NCBI RefSeq assembly: GCF_964204645.1
Contig: NW_027437438.1
Span: 62,001 to 126,000, forward strand
Reading direction: 5' to 3'
DNA length: 64,000 nt
Source of the DNA: Tubulanus polymorphus
Lineage: Eukaryota > Animalia > Nemertea
The stretch's first letter is position 1. Each line of letters opens with the position of its first letter. Positions 1 through 14,600 of the stretch are shown in pieces. The notes beneath the pieces are model-generated. The model did no database searches. It saw only the letters and a program-made list of their open reading frames with translations, and had not been told where the DNA came from. Position numbers and translations under genes: made by a program.

Positions 1-103
1 TAAATTTATATTAGGCCTATTTGCTATAAATTGCTATAATTTTCAGAAAATGGACAAACAAACAATTATAGTGTTCGTTTTATCCCACAATGATCAACTA
101 GTA

Positions 104-898
104 CAGTCTACCTAGGATGTAACGTAGCAGTCGGGACCAGATAATTTATATGTTATAACCGAAATACGGTATACGTATAAACCGTAGAAACTTCGTTATA
201 TCCGAATGTCATTTAAAGGCCGACTTCAAGTATAAAAGGTCCATCATCTGTCAGACATGGCAGTATCTCTGAACCCATGGAGCAGTCAAGAGCTCCAGCG
301 TTGAAACTGGTATTTCCCTAACATCTCAGTCAGCTTACCGATTTGGACCCTCCTTTTTTGTCAGGGATATGTGTAAACATGTAATATAGTCATATCTATG
401 GCTTAAAATTTAGTTTAAGCCCTCCTTTCCAATGAAGTTTAGATAGCTTGCGTGTATGCCTATGGTAGCCCTGGCAACAGTTGACGTTGGCGTACATGAT
501 TCACGAGCTATGCTCATGTAGAAATCTATTTAGGTCAGCACACCATAAACCGTGATATAACGTATATGTTAGTTTTGTGATGGAAACTATCGATCACTCG
601 ACATGACACGAGTGCGTACAGCAGTAGGGATATTACACTGTATTAACATTTTCGTTTTTAACTGTTATTTTATTTCTAATTTTTTAATTTATGCGATACA
701 TTATATCCGAGGATAATTACGTTGATTTTACTAATTGGGACCGAATAATTTATACGATATAAGCGTCTACGTTATAAAAAGTATGGTATATTCAATGTTT
801 TTTTAAGGCCTAATAGAAGGAAAAAAGTTTGGACTGGAAATGATACGATATAAGTGAATCTACGGTAAAGCCAATGACGTTACATCCAAGGTAGACTG
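104..898. mobile_element. Non-autonomous Tc1/mariner-pogo (Tigger-like) MITE
   Basis: 22-bp TIR CAGTCTACCT(A/T)GGATGTAACGT at 104 and, inverted, ending at 898 (1 mismatch); flanked by TA on both sides; no ORF. Confidence 0.8.
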
Positions 899-3800
899 TA
901 GATACATAATAATCAACAACAAAAAAAAACAGGCAACAAAACATACTCTCACCCAAATAAGAATCACCAGTTGAAGGAGGTAAATAACTCAGTTTCCCTA
1001 AAGTAAATTATCCACACGAGCTTTTCGGGTATTGTGTTGGTGATACATTTAAGGTAGAAAAGTTGATTTGTTGGCACAAAGTAATGCACTCTTAATGCAG
1101 GTCTTAGGTTATTTGTTATACTTAACCTAAGAACCAAAAAAACCTAAGGCCCCTGAAATATTGAGCTGCTTCTTCCTACCTTAGGGAATATTGGGTATTT
1201 TTTCATGCATTCTATTTTGGTTTATTTTAAACGAAGACGAAGGTTTTTTTCAAAAGTTTCAATTGTAATTTTACCATTTATTCATTGAAATATTTAGCCC
1301 AGATATATTTTGCTTGCCAGTTGATTACTGCTGATGATGTAAACAAAAGAGACATCGAATATTTTGTCAATTGCAAGCTGTTGAGCTCTTAGAGAAGTTA
1401 TGTTCATCTCAATTTTCAATGTTTATCTCGTTTGAATGCCAGACAATTTTGGTATCCCTACATCGAGAGCAAGGGCTCGAGACTACACTAAGTTCACGTC
1501 GACAGTTCCACAACCTTCATGATAAGGGAAGTAGGCTAGACCTAAAGTCTATCCTTGTGGTTATGATTGCGGTGCATCAAACAGTTCATATCATCGCAGA
1601 TCTGGAACCCTGTGGTTTCTATGTGCTCAACTCTGCAAGTAACTGAGGTCAGGCAACAACTACATTCGGGAGTGAATAATACTAAAGTTTTCCCATTCTG
1701 GTCATTCACTTCTCTTTATTCCTCTAGATTTGGTTTTTTCTTGTATATTCTCAAAGTACACCGATTACTTAAAATGTATTTAAGCATGGAATTCATGTTT
1801 TCGTGGATTAATTTCTTATTTTGTGCACTTAACAAAGCTAGACATGCGCAAATGACTATTTGTGGATTTGATTATTGTCTCATGAGTCGTACGTACTGTG
1901 CTGCTCTTTTGCTTAAACACCGTCCAAATATAATGTTTCAACTTAAAAATTAGTTCTGACACTTTCTAATGTAAACATCGACTTGGGTATCCTCGGAAAA
2001 TATTCACTCTTGAATGCAACAAGACTTCAAAGCTAATTTTTTTCTTGCTAATTTCTTCATTTTCTTAGTGTAAGCTTCGAAAAGTTTTGCTCTTTATTCA
2101 CTCTTGCCTGTTACTATAGTAACAAGCAGCTAGGGTCCAGCGAGTCAGCGATGCTCATGGTGAGTTTGACGGCTTACAGCTATCAGTATCAATTAAATTG
2201 TTGTTGATACTGGCTCTTTGAGAGTGGAAATGCCGTGATCATAACCACTTGGATAGACTTTAGAATCATCATCGACCTTTCCAACGAATTGCGTATTTGG
2301 ATATGAAACATCAGCGTAATGCCCCATAGTATTCATAGAAATCACATGTTTATCATCAACAAGTGTACCGGATATGTGTCAATCAATCATTCCAGCAAAC
2401 ACTAGGTTGGCACAATAACCGTCTTTTTATGACCACCACGTTTGGGTTTCGATGAATTGAGATTTTTCCTGTAAGACACAAAATTGAATATTCGGAATTG
2501 CACAACATGCAGGGAAAACTTGAAGTTGAGAGAGGAAATGTTTTTGATTGTCTTTATTCTGAATGTTGCCCAAAATGGAGGCCTTGGTATTAGTTTACTG
2601 TTTCCATCGATATACATGAAAGCCATCCCCAGTAGGAGACTGCCACAAAATTTGGAAAATTTAGCCAGTTCTGGTAATTCTTAATTTATAACACTACTGG
2701 GCATTTTTAAGTCTGGGGTTCACCTTGGCAATGTGACCTTGTCTTCTAGTCAGTTTGTAAGCATCACTATTCAATTCAGTACCATCAAAACCTCATAATG
2801 AATGCCAAGGGGACTAAATCGAATGGGGGCTGCTGAGGTTTGCTCACCTTCATTTCTGGTGGCAGCCATTTTAAACACTGTCTAAAATGGTGGCAGGGAG
2901 TAAAATCAGCTTGGTACTTTATTAGAAATTATTGAGTGTACCCCTGGCTACGTAATCACCAATTGCGGTACTTAGAATAAAATGTCAGTTATTGCACAAA
3001 TCTGTCTACTAGAATTGGTATCAGTCACATTATATTACTGCTGGCTTGCTAATAAAAATGGTGATTAACTGATTGAGCTCAATGAAAGTAATTATGTTGT
3101 TACAGTGATGTAACCGTGACTGAGAGGCATGCAAATTTTCTTGCATAATTATATAAAAGGGATATTGACAAAATTCAAGTTCAGAAATTTGCTTGTTTGC
3201 TACGGCTAGTGCTAGTTGGGACCGGAAATTGGGACCTAAATCTGCCATGTTTTAGTTCATTTGCAATAAAAATCTCTCGCTTCAAGATTTTAGTAAGCGT
3301 TATTTTACTAACTGTATGTTGTCACCCGTATTCCTTTGAATACATGTATGGTAGCCCCAAAAATACGTTGTTAAGATGAAACCTCATTTCATGTGCTATG
3401 CATCCCATTAAATGTCTTGAAGTTGTCAACATAAGTTTAGCAACAACACTCGAAACAATGATGTCTAGCCTTTGAAGACGATGTTCTTTTGTATCCAACG
3501 TATTACGTATATTGTATATTGCTCAGTTATAGTAAAAAAAATGCTTTCTAAAAGCTTAGAGCAAGATATTTTTTTGCGAATTAATTAAAACATGGTGGAT
3601 TTAGGTTCTGATTGGATTCGAGAAATTCCAGAACTTGAATTTGTCGAAATCCCGTATTCGGTCACCATGTAGACATTTATAAACATACTGTTATATTAAG
3701 TGTGCGCGTTATTCAAAAGGTCCCATAACTTTTGAAATGAAATTCATTCAATATTCGCCAAGACATTTGGGTCAGTGCAGTAATTTGATGAAAAATGAAG

Positions 3801-6800
3801 TGGTTTTTGAACATCCCAAAGTTTCCACCGTATCCTAGTTGTCAACATAAATGCCGATCACAAAAATTCATGTACATGTAATATTTACTTGTATCCTAAA
3901 AGAAAAGAAAACCACAAAAAAATCTATGGAATATGCGTAGTGTGTTTTAATGGACTGTGGCATTAGCCAAGTTCATATTGTTGTCAACTCACCGATTCTC
4001 TGAAAACGAATGCAAAATTATCCAGGGTCAGTAGAAAGTAGGCCTATTGGAAGGAAATTCTAGGACACCTCCAGTATGGAAGTATGGAACGTGCCCCAGG
4101 ACATCAACAATAATTTGACAGAAGTCAGACATGGAAAAACACTTGAACTGTTTAATCTTTAATTTTGTATTCTCAACTATAAAATGCATAGAGAATTTAT
4201 CAAGAATAAACATTGTGTATTGTACATCTACAGCAATCCTGGCCTAGCCTGGGAAACTGGGACTGGAAAAATTGGTAAGCGAAGTCTGTGTTGTGACTAG
4301 TAGGGAAATCACAAAGAAAGATTTGTCCGAGTTTAGGCATGTTTGAGTGAGGCGAGTCTTGTATTTCAAATGACAGACAAGTAATATGCAAATGATTTGA
4401 TATCTGATCATTTCTCAATTGAACCCTTTTATATAAAGACTGGCTTATGTCAACCTGTGACTTGACGCGTCCTGATGCAAGTGGTGTTTATCAGTGACCA
4501 GCTGTCTATGGTAGGCCACCAGATGCTGTCATATCCGCTCGACATGAGCCGGCTTCTGACAGCAACCCGATGCCTACCGACTTGGCACAAGTGTATAAGC
4601 TGATAGTTGCTTTCGAGGGCAACCAACCTGAGCTCAGCTGCAAGCGGTGGAACGGACAGAACGTTTCAACATATCTACCATATTCATCAATAATTTAGGG
4701 TCCATCATATTCAATAATTCGTAATGTTTTATTATTCAGTTTGATTTTTGTAACAATAACAACTAGCAATAGGTATATATCTTCTTAGATTGGTGAATAA
4801 CAGATCATTAAATAATGGCATTCATCACCGATTTCGCCTGGATTACGTATTGTACATAGTCTTTCTTCTTTCTATCTATCTTTCTCAATCACTAAACAAT
4901 GTTTATTGACACAATATCATAACAAATAACTCGATAAGTAATTTTTCAAACTCAAAATTCTTTTTTATTCATTATTACAAAGTGTGTGATCTTTGGTAAC
5001 CGTTTCATCCCACCAAGGTTGAACAAATTCTCTTTTCTTGCGTCACGTAGTGGAGGAAGAAAAGTTAATCTTGTTGTGGCAAGTGAGGGTTTTTTGGCGT
5101 AAAAGGCAGTTGGGTGGATTTCGTCATTCTAGGCTGCGTTGCGACCGAGGTTTTACCTAGGAAATTTCCTTTAAGGAAAATTATCAGAAGTTTTTGGCTA
5201 ATGGGTAGATGTGAAAATAATGGGTGTTATCAGTTGTTAACATGTGTTGGGTAATGTTTTCTATCTGAAGAGTATCGTAAGAATCTAAAAATGAGTTTGT
5301 ATAGTAGAGGTTTGTGAGGTATTAGTTAAAATTATGTAAATAGTTTGTAGCTCCAGATATTCTGATATTTTTTTCAATTGAAAATTGAAATTCTATGCTT
5401 TTCCATCAAACAGCCATGGTGGTTTTTATTGTGGAAATAAACTGCAGCATCTCATCTTTTTATTAGTAATCAGGAGTTTGTTTTTGATTGTTTATAGTTC
5501 TGGATAGAATTTAGCGTATGGATATTGGTAACCCCGGGCGGGTGCAACAAAGACTGGGTTTTTAACCCATCAGCACTCAGGAATTGTCGAGAATTAACAT
5601 CTGTATTATCTTAACTTTGACATCCCATCCTACCACGCAATTCTAGATGTCCGGAAACCATTTATTACTGAACGGAAACACCTTGTAAGAGTTTGTGTTA
5701 CGTACGTGGGTTGACCACGAGCTAATGTACTACGCATGCGCATGTAATGATAATCTGACTTTATGGGATGAAATAAACTAGTATTAGTTTGCAATTCAAG
5801 TGTTCGGGTTGTGTTGATCTACTCCAAGTTGACATCAAGTCACACACACTTTCACAGGAATTTCACAGTGTAGTGTCAATAACTCCGCAGAAAATTCATG
5901 GGACAATTCCAAGTTTGCCACAATACTGAACTCATTTGCTGTTTATCTTCATGCATTACTAGTTGGTGTTGTTTCGTAGTAAATTAATAGTCAAGGCTTT
6001 TATATGATATTAGATTTGATGAGGTGGGCCACCAAAATCCTTTTGGCCCCCGAGATTCATCCAAACTTACTTGGATTTGAAGTGAGCGCTCAGATCTATC
6101 ATGTTAAAAAACAGGAAGATGTTGATTTCTGTATGGTATTTTGAGGACCTTGGTGTCTAGCTTATCATAAGCTATTGGGTTTGAATCCCAATATAACTGT
6201 TTTTGTGCAGCATTCGAAACAATGTCAGGGCAGCTTGAGGAGTTATAGGCAGGGCGGATACTGGCGGCCTGGGTGCTAATGGGTGATGGGATAATTTCAT
6301 ATAGTTATTTAAACAATTGACATCTACTGGATCTTGGATCATCCATATGTAATCTGACCCCCTAGTGACAATAGTAGCTCCACTGCAACACCCAAATTAT
6401 GATCCCCAATGGATACCTACCTAAATGACCAAATACAACTTTTGGACCAATGTTTCTTACATGGAACATTTTTAGATTAGCTATGGATGGAGATAGTGGC
6501 GTTTCTATGAATCATATGCCCATCCAAAGGTGCAAAACTCGTTTTTGGTGGAATAATATGGAATTGGAAGAATTTAAGACCTCTTGAAAAAAAGGAAAAT
6601 TTGAGTAAATCTGACAAACTTGATTTACACTTGTATTTAGATCAATTAAATAAAGCAAAGATATTTATTGAGTGGTGGAATAGTCAAACACAGAATGACC
6701 CGCATACTGAGGCTTTAATCAGTGGTTAGAATAAGAACTAGTGCCATACATGTATACATAGGTTTAGTTTGTTTGTCAAAACATCTGTCACACGCTCGCA

Positions 6801-8022
6801 CCATTCAATTGTAAGCGAGTACTTCATTTGAATATTGATCGATCGATCAAACAGGTGTTGCCATTCAACGTTGTTATATTGGATAGCTAGCAGTTAGTAT
6901 AAGGAAAGGAATTACCAAAAGCGCAATGCATACGCGCAGGATACTTCTCTCTCGCAAGGAAAGGAATTTCAGTTTGTGTGGTAAGTTTTAGCAAAACAAC
7001 CCGACCTGACTCGCATAGTTTTTAGGGGATAAGCATCCCATTATTGAGAGGCGCCAAGAGATACTTATCCCCTAGCATTTCTACTTACACCCCTGCGACC
7101 CATGCCTCACCAATTCTCCTTCAATGGTTGACAGGAAATTATATTTAAGGCGCCTTATGCGTTTCCTATCAACCCCATACCCGCGAAAGGAGGATCGAAA
7201 ATCGAAACTGAAAGAGAACCACGGAGGGTGGACAAAGGTGTATTTTCGAAATGCCCCTGCAAGCCAAGCCCGGCGGCGCTACAGTGGTGAAATGAATTGC
7301 CTTTCATACTTAGCTAAAACACCGAAGTCAATGTAACTGGTGTTTACTAAAGAAATACGTTATTTGAAATTAGAAATTATTCCGAATGAAAATAATATAA
7401 GAATGAAAACTGATAAATGAATTATAGGCCTTTAACTTGATTATGATTTAATTTTTAATCAAATTTGTAATCAATTATCTATATTAATTGATTATTAAAT
7501 TCAAATTCAAATATTCATTTCAGTATCTCACTCAGTGCTGCCATCCTTCAATTTAAGAAAAAACTGATAATTAGAAACGACTGTAATACAATGTTCAAGT
7601 AAAAACTTCAAAATAAAAACAATAAGTTAACTAACTATTCTTATATTTCTAATTATTAACTAGATTTAATATCGAGGATCCGAAATGACTTATATGGACA
7701 GTTATAGTAATTGCTCCTTTAGATAGACAAAAGTAGTGAGATATTTTATATCCTAAATTAAAATAAAGAGTATCAAAAAAACAATAACTTCAAGTAACAC
7801 TTGAATTCTATTACATTTTTAATATTTTTTTATTCAATTCCAATTAACACTAGATTAAATAGATTTTGAATAGATTCTAATAACAAAACAATAACTTCAA
7901 ATAGCTAGTATTACTTAGAAAACGCTAGTATCACAAAAAGTATTATTCTAGTATCATTTGAAGAATAATTATAATATTTTTTTCGCTTTTTTGCTGAAAT
8001 AAATGTCAAAGAAATCGAATAA

Positions 8023-8599
8023 GAATAGTATTGATATAGAAAAGACATTAGATGATTTAGGTATTACAGATGATAAAGATACAGTTGTAACTAATTGTGC
8101 TCAAGTTAATAATAATATTGATTATGAATACTATTAAACATGTAAGCACCATCTTGAGTTACTAATTGCCAGCGGCAAGTGTAATGAATTTATCGGAAAA
8201 ATTATAACTTTTCAAGAATTAGATAATATGAAACCAGATAAAGTAATCAAACATTTCAAAATATATGAAGAAGCTAGATTAGCTAGAATAAACGATTCTA
8301 TTAGTGATGGAATAGTTTAATGTTATTCTAAATTATGTAACCGGATAATACCAATTGATGATGAAAATAAATTATATACTGATGTAAAAAATGATTACTT
8401 AGTTATGACAGAATTACAAAAATGGGTTGGATACGCTTCATTCCAATTAGGCGGAATAATGACATTTATTTCTACTGGTGAAATAACATTTTCTAACATT
8501 CAACCTTTAGTATATAAAGATAAAAAATCAGATAATATCGAAACAGATATCAAAACAGATCTTAAATCAGAACAAAAATTAACTAAAATAAATGAGTGA
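8023..8599 (+). pseudogene. Polinton conserved hypothetical ORF (homologue of 18652-19259), interrupted by stop codons
   Basis: Shared peptides CKHHLELLIASGKC and KNDYLVMTELQKWVGYASFQLG; internal TAA stops. Confidence 0.8.
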
Positions 8600-8960
8600 T
8601 GATATTCAGAAAAAGCCTAGATCTGAAAAACAAATTAAATGGGCACGGGAGTTGGGAAAAAGATCTTCTGAGTTAAAAAGAGCTAAGAAAAAGAAATTAA
8701 CTGATATAAATGAATCGCAGAAATTATCTGTTATTAATTCGATTGATTATTCATCTAATTCTTCTAATACTGGAAGAAATAATTACTTATATATTACAAT
8801 TGGGTTAATCACAGTAATTATATTCTCTGGTATAATATATAAATATAAATTCAAATCTAATAATAATGATGATAATGATAATGATAAACCTATTATACCA
8901 GAAAATAAATCAAATGATAAAATCATTGAAAATAAATCAAGATTATTATTAATGGATTAA
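8592..8960 (+). CDS. Small single-pass membrane protein of the Polinton relic (122 aa)
   Basis: Open ORF; basic N-terminus RSEKQIKWARELGKRSSELK, hydrophobic YLYITIGLITVIIFSGII, C-terminal LLLMD; homologue at 18286-~18659. Confidence 0.7.
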   Translation: MSDDIQKKPRSEKQIKWARELGKRSSELKRAKKKKLTDINESQKLSVINSIDYSSNSSNTGRNNYLYITIGLITVIIFSGIIYKYKFKSNNNDDNDNDKPIIPENKSNDKIIENKSRLLLMD

Positions 8961-8967
8961 AATAAGA

Positions 8968-9245
8968 TGAAAAAAGAACAATATTTAAGAGATTTATATT
9001 ATAACCCAGAGAGTGAAGTATCATATTCTAGTGTTTCAGAATTATAGTATAAAATAAAATTTGATAATGAAAATATAAAATATAGTGAATTAAAATTATG
9101 GTTACAAAATCAACCATTTGTTTATAAATTAGAAGATTTAAAAGATGAAGAAATATTAAGTTATTTTTATGAACAAGAATTATCACTAGTACCAAATCCA
9201 GATGATATAGAATACAAAATAGAAAAAGTATTGAAAACAAAAACT
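8968..9245 (+). pseudogene. int: Polinton integrase remnant with the catalytic core deleted
   Basis: MKKEQYLRDLYYNPESEVSYS...WLQNQP joined directly to FVYKLEDLKDEEI...IEYKIEKVLKTKT; early TAG stop. Confidence 0.8.
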
Positions 9246-10439
9246 CAACTTTTTCAATACGGTTACTATATCATTACTCGAGAAATAATCTATAGATGTT
9301 TTTCTATACCACTGATAATCTAATATATTCATTTCTTTAAATTTCGGATTTAAAATTAATGGATTTTCTATTACATTTTCTGTACCTATATTCACACCAA
9401 GATTTAAATTCCTGTATTGTATGGGCTGGATAATTTCCACCTTTTGTTTTGAATTTATAATGTTTTGCCCAATTAGTCTTTTTTATACATTCATTACAGA
9501 AGGCACAATAATTTTGGTCTTCTTTGCATTTATCTTTATACTAGCTAAATACCTGTCCAATGGACGGCTTTGTCGTTTAGCGCATTGGTGTATTGGTCGT
9601 GAGCACACCACCTCGGTGCATGAATCCTGCATCCTGCGTTTTGCATATGAAATACATTTATTTTAATCGGCCGGGAAATGAATCTAAATGCTTCAAATGT
9701 TCAGAGTTCTTGGAACCAACCCCACACCTGCTCCCCTACCCCACACCTGCTCCCCTACCCTGTCTGACCTGTCTGTGGTACAAAACCATTTGTTCAAATA
9801 ACTAACCGTAAATTATCGGCCCCAGCGGTTTTAGGCCCTCTCTTTCTTGTTCGAGCACTTACTATATTGACCACACCACCCGTACGTTAATTTAACAATC
9901 CATTCAACCGACGAATTGCGTGATATCATGCTTAACTTGTGGGACTACCATTCATTGAAAAAATACCAACGTAGTCGCTCGACGATGATATTAGGATTCT
10001 GTATTTTGTATCACTGTTTGACTTTTTATATCTCTCGTATATACATAAATTTTGCAAGAGAGCATTAGAAAAGTACGTACATTTTTCTTTGACCCCCTCC
10101 CCGTACAAAGTTACTACCGGTACATTATTTGTTACCCATCCCCATAAAACCGTATGTACTATTTGAACGCTCTTTTATAAAATCTACCACCATCGCATGC
10201 ATCGGTAGCCCCCTGAGCCATTGCGAGAGGCTGAGTTTGGGCCTCCCTATCTGCCAGTAACCTATCTGTGGTATGGAACCATTCTGAAAAACTACGCAAT
10301 GGGCCTGTCCCCCTCTAAGAACCATTCTGAGACGCTGCATATGGGTGGGCAACACGGTCAGAACATATCGCTAATTCCAATCAAAATTTGATCCAAAGAT
10401 TACGTGAATGAATGTCTCAACCAATGTTTTAAACACCCG

Positions 10440-10998
10440 AAATTCACAACTGCGGATATCAACATGCCTAATAAGACCATTTCAATATTCATTTCGCCAG
10501 CGGTCATTGAAATGATGTAGCAAAAAGGCACGATGACTTGCTCTTTTTCGTATGACAGTAGCATCAATGAAATCAGGGTCTGCTAATTCATCGAGATCAA
10601 CGATAGGATAGGGAACAGTGACGATTTTTCGACTTTGAAACAATTGAGATGACGTGATGGCATCTGGATCTCTTAGATCAGTCGAAACATGTCAAGGGTC
10701 GGTCATTTAGTATAGATTCTATCTCAGACAAAAGCGTTTGTAATTCATCTCGGTCCAGTTTGTTTTTCCGCATGACTTTCTTAAGTAAGGTTTTTGTCAT
10801 GCCGATTACCCTTTCCCAAAATCCACCAAACCACGGTGCTCTTTTCGGTATGAAAAGCCAAGAACAACTATTCTTAGCAAGATGCGTTTTGATGGCGTGG
10901 TTTTCGATGAGAGATTTAATTATCTCAGCCGAACATTCGAACGTCGATTGATTATCTGACATCATGAGAGAGGGTGTTACAGATAATCCTACTGTCAT
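10440..10998 (-). pseudogene. pol: BEL/Pao retrotransposon integrase fragment
   Basis: SDN..F, WLFIPKRAPWFGGFWERVIG and EIESILNDRPLT motifs typical of BEL/Pao integrase. Confidence 0.85.
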
Positions 10999-11206
10999 AT
11001 GTGTTCAGCCTTATAAACCATTGTGTATTATTATATTGTGACAAGCTGTACATTATCTAATGTCCTTTAAGACCGGTTCCAGCTTTGAATAACTGTAATC
11101 ACGTTTTTATGCGGTCCTGGTCGCATTTCTGTACATTTAGATGGTCATAATACAGTCCTCTAGCTAACTTTAAATCTCAATTCATGCTCAAGTTCGTTTA
11201 AGTACA

Positions 11207-11591
11207 AGTAATAGGGGTAATGGGCTTTCAGGCCAAAGGTCGAAGGGTCGAGCTCGTAAAAAAATGAAAATAATAATTTCCAGTTGAATTAGTCGCGCAC
11301 ACTCCTAATTCAACTGGAAATTATTGTTATTTTCATTTTTTACTCACTCGCCCCTTCAACCTTTAGCCTGAAAGCCCATTACCCCTATTACTCTTAAAAT
11401 ATTCATATACATGAATAAAATATAAATGAATAACATTTAAATTGACAGATTATTCAATATAAAAGTGTGAGCTCTTATAGAATAGATATATAGATATATT
11501 TTAAACATTATTTCAATATTCATATTTGTATGAGTTAGATTTTTAAACATTAAAAGTGTTAGTAAAGTGTGATTGAAATAATACATATATA
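11207..11591 (+). repeat. Left TIR (385 bp); 11207-11392 is an internal imperfect palindrome (hairpin)
   Basis: Reverse complement of 21391-21778 apart from a few substitutions and one 3-bp indel. Arms 11207-11292 and 11305-11392; loop TCGCGCACACTC. Confidence 0.95.
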
Positions 11592-11639
11592 AATCATTGA
11601 ACTTCTAAAATCAATTTAAAAAAAAAAATTAGTATTAAA

Positions 11640-14600
11640 ATGGAAGCAAATAAGTACTACTGTCCAACATGTAAGATCAATATAGATAAATCTCAAAAAT
11701 CAAGACACAATAAAACTAAAACACATTTAGAGATTAAATTGAAATTAGAATATAAAGATGATATATTAGAAACTAAACTAGAAGAATTAAAGAATGAAAA
11801 AGAAACATACAAATGTGATACATGTAATCAATCATTCAGTGATAAAAGATATTATAATGAACATTTAAAATCTAAAAGCCATATTAGAAATATGAATAAT
11901 GATATTTCATGTGAAGATTATTTTGATAATGACAATGATAAGAAACAAGACAATTAAAAGAATAAGAAATGAATTAAACAATAAAAGACCATACATGGAA
12001 GATGTAAGAAATTATATTAATTCATTAGATAATAAAAAAGATATAGAGATAACCAAAGCATTTAAAAGTGATATTGGTCCAGCAGCTATTGAGTTTAAAT
12101 TTCATAAAGGAAAAACATTAGAAGAAAATAAAAAACATTTAGAAAATATGAAAGAAATAATGAAAATAATAACTGATGTTGAATATCCTAAAATAAGTAT
12201 ATCTTCTAAAGTTAAATTCATAAAATCTGAAGATAAACCAATATATAATATAAATTCTCATTCACAACATATTATATCTAAACAACATATAGATGATAAA
12301 TTAGATAAATGTTATAATAAAGTAAAAACTAAAATAGAAGAGAAATATTTTGAAGGATCTGGTTTAATATTTGATGAAATAATATTTATGACTTTACATG
12401 TTTATAACACAAAATATAATAAGTTAACTAAACGAAACCAATTGATGAAAATAATGTATCATATTATAAAGAACCAGATATTGAAGCATCGAGTTACATT
12501 AAACTACCATTTAAAACTAATGCTGTAATAAATGTACAAAATTTTGATGATAAATGTTTTCTATGGGCAATTATAAGTTGCTTACACCCAGTTGAAGATT
12601 ATAATAAACATACTTACAGATTAACAAATTATAAACAATTTGAAAATAATTATAAGATAGATAAGTATCCTGTTAGAATTAAAAATATCCCAAAAATAGA
12701 AAGAGATAATAATTTAAGAATAGATGTATTTGATTTAATCAAATTACCAAATACAAAAGGTAACAATTATAAACATTATACATTAGAACTTTTATACCTA
12801 TCAAAAGATTATGATTCAAATGATGTTATAGATATACTATATTATGAAAATCATTATATGTGGATTAAACAAATCGATTTATTTTTTAAATCAGAAAATG
12901 ATCACCATAAAATATATCTTTTTAGAAAATGTTTACATAGATTCAGTAATGAAAGTACATTATTAAATCATAAACAATTATGTGAAAATCATAATTATTG
13001 TAAATTAGTTTTACCAAATGAAAAGGATAAAATATTAGAATTCAAAAAATATGATTACAAAAATAAAGTACCATTTGTAATATATGGAGATTTTGAATCA
13101 TTAAATAAAGAACTAACTGATCAAGATAGAAAAGAAATATATTATAAAAGAAAGAAATTAAATTCAAATGAAAATGATTTTTCAGATGAACCACCAAAAA
13201 CAAATACTATTAAAAAGATTCATCAATCAGCTGCAGCTTTAGGATTATATATTAAATCTGATTATCCAGAACTAATTAAAAGTGAATATTATCATTCTCG
13301 AAATGAAAATGTTATCAATCATTTTTTGTGACTTATTAATTAAATATGAAATAAGATTTAATGAAAAGTTAAATAAAAATATAGAAATTATAATGACAGA
13401 AGAAGATAAAGAAGAATTTGAGTTTGCAGATAAATGTTATTATTGTGAAAAGATATTTAATTATAAAGATAAAAAAGTAAGAGACCATGATCATTTGAAT
13501 GGAAAGTTTAGAGGCGCTGCACATGAGAATTGTAACTTACAAGCTAAGAAAATTAACTTTGTACCAGTTATATTTCATAATCTATCAGGATATGATGCTC
13601 ATTTATTTATCAAACAGCTATGTTATAAAATAGAAGAAATCAATAATGAAATTCAAATAGATCAAAAGATAAAATACCAACTTATAAATTTAAAATGTTA
13701 GCTAGAACATCTGAGAATTATATATCATTCCAATTTGGGTGTTTAAGATTTATAGATTCATATAGATTTTTAAATAATTCGTTAGATAACTTATCAAAAT
13801 CATTAGTTGATGATGAATTAAAAATATTAAAACAACACTACCCAAATAATGATGATTTTCAATTAATGAGATATAAAGGCGCAATTCCATATTCATTTTA
13901 TTAATCACATAATGATTTTAACATAACTGAATTATTGAAAGAACAATTCTATGATGAATTAAAAAATGAATATGTTAAAGATGAAGTATATAATAGAACA
14001 TTGAATATTTGGAATCATTTCAAAATAGAAAATCATGGACAATTAGTAGATTCATATCTAAAATCAGATGTATTATTATTAACTGATATATTCGAAAGGT
14101 TTAGAGATGTAAACTTAAAATATTTCAATATTGATCCTTGTTATTGTTATTCTAGTCCAGGTTTAACATGGGATTGTGGATTAAAATTTACAGATATAAA
14201 AATGGATTTGTTAATAAATATAGATCAATTATTATTATTTGAAAAATCTATAAGAGGAGGAGTTTCAGGTGTATTAGGGGATAGATATTTCAATGTAAAT
14301 GATAACCCTGGTTATAAGTTATTATATATAGATGCAAATAATCTATATGGTTGGGCAATGATGGAACCACAACCTTGTGGAGTATTTGAAATAAGTGAAG
14401 TTTCACAACATGAAAATAATGATAAATTTGATTGGAAGAAAAGAATTCTAGATATTGCAGATGATTCAGATGCTGGTTACTTCTTTGTTGTAGATTTAGA
14501 ATATCCTGAACATATTAAATTTAAATCTAGAAATCTAGCATACTTTCCAGAACATAAAACTGTAACTCATGAAGAATTATCAAATTATCAAAAAAGAATT

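Larger units (their letters stand above)
6550..9250 (+). mobile_element. Older, diverged Polinton-like relic, opposite in orientation to the 11207-21778 element's gene block
   Basis: Same gene order as 20162->17198 on the minus strand: HNH C-terminus (WNWKNLRPLEKKEN...EALISG*, ~6559-6729), MSKKS..SIDIEKTLDDLG ORF (8023-8599, with stops), TM ORF (8592-8960), integrase remnant (8968-~9245). No TIR found. Confidence 0.85.

Noticed and set aside
1371-2340. Possible decayed LINE on the minus strand and short plus-strand ORFs
   Set aside because: No diagnostic RT or endonuclease motif readable with confidence.
4690-5040. AT-rich segment that might be more Polinton relic
   Set aside because: No match to the complete element or to any motif I recognise.
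11207-11392. Terminal palindromes as two independent MITEs forming a composite transposon
   Set aside because: Inverted identity continues ~200 bp inward of the palindromes, neither unit has its own TSD, and one 6-bp TSD flanks the whole element. Disfavoured but testable.
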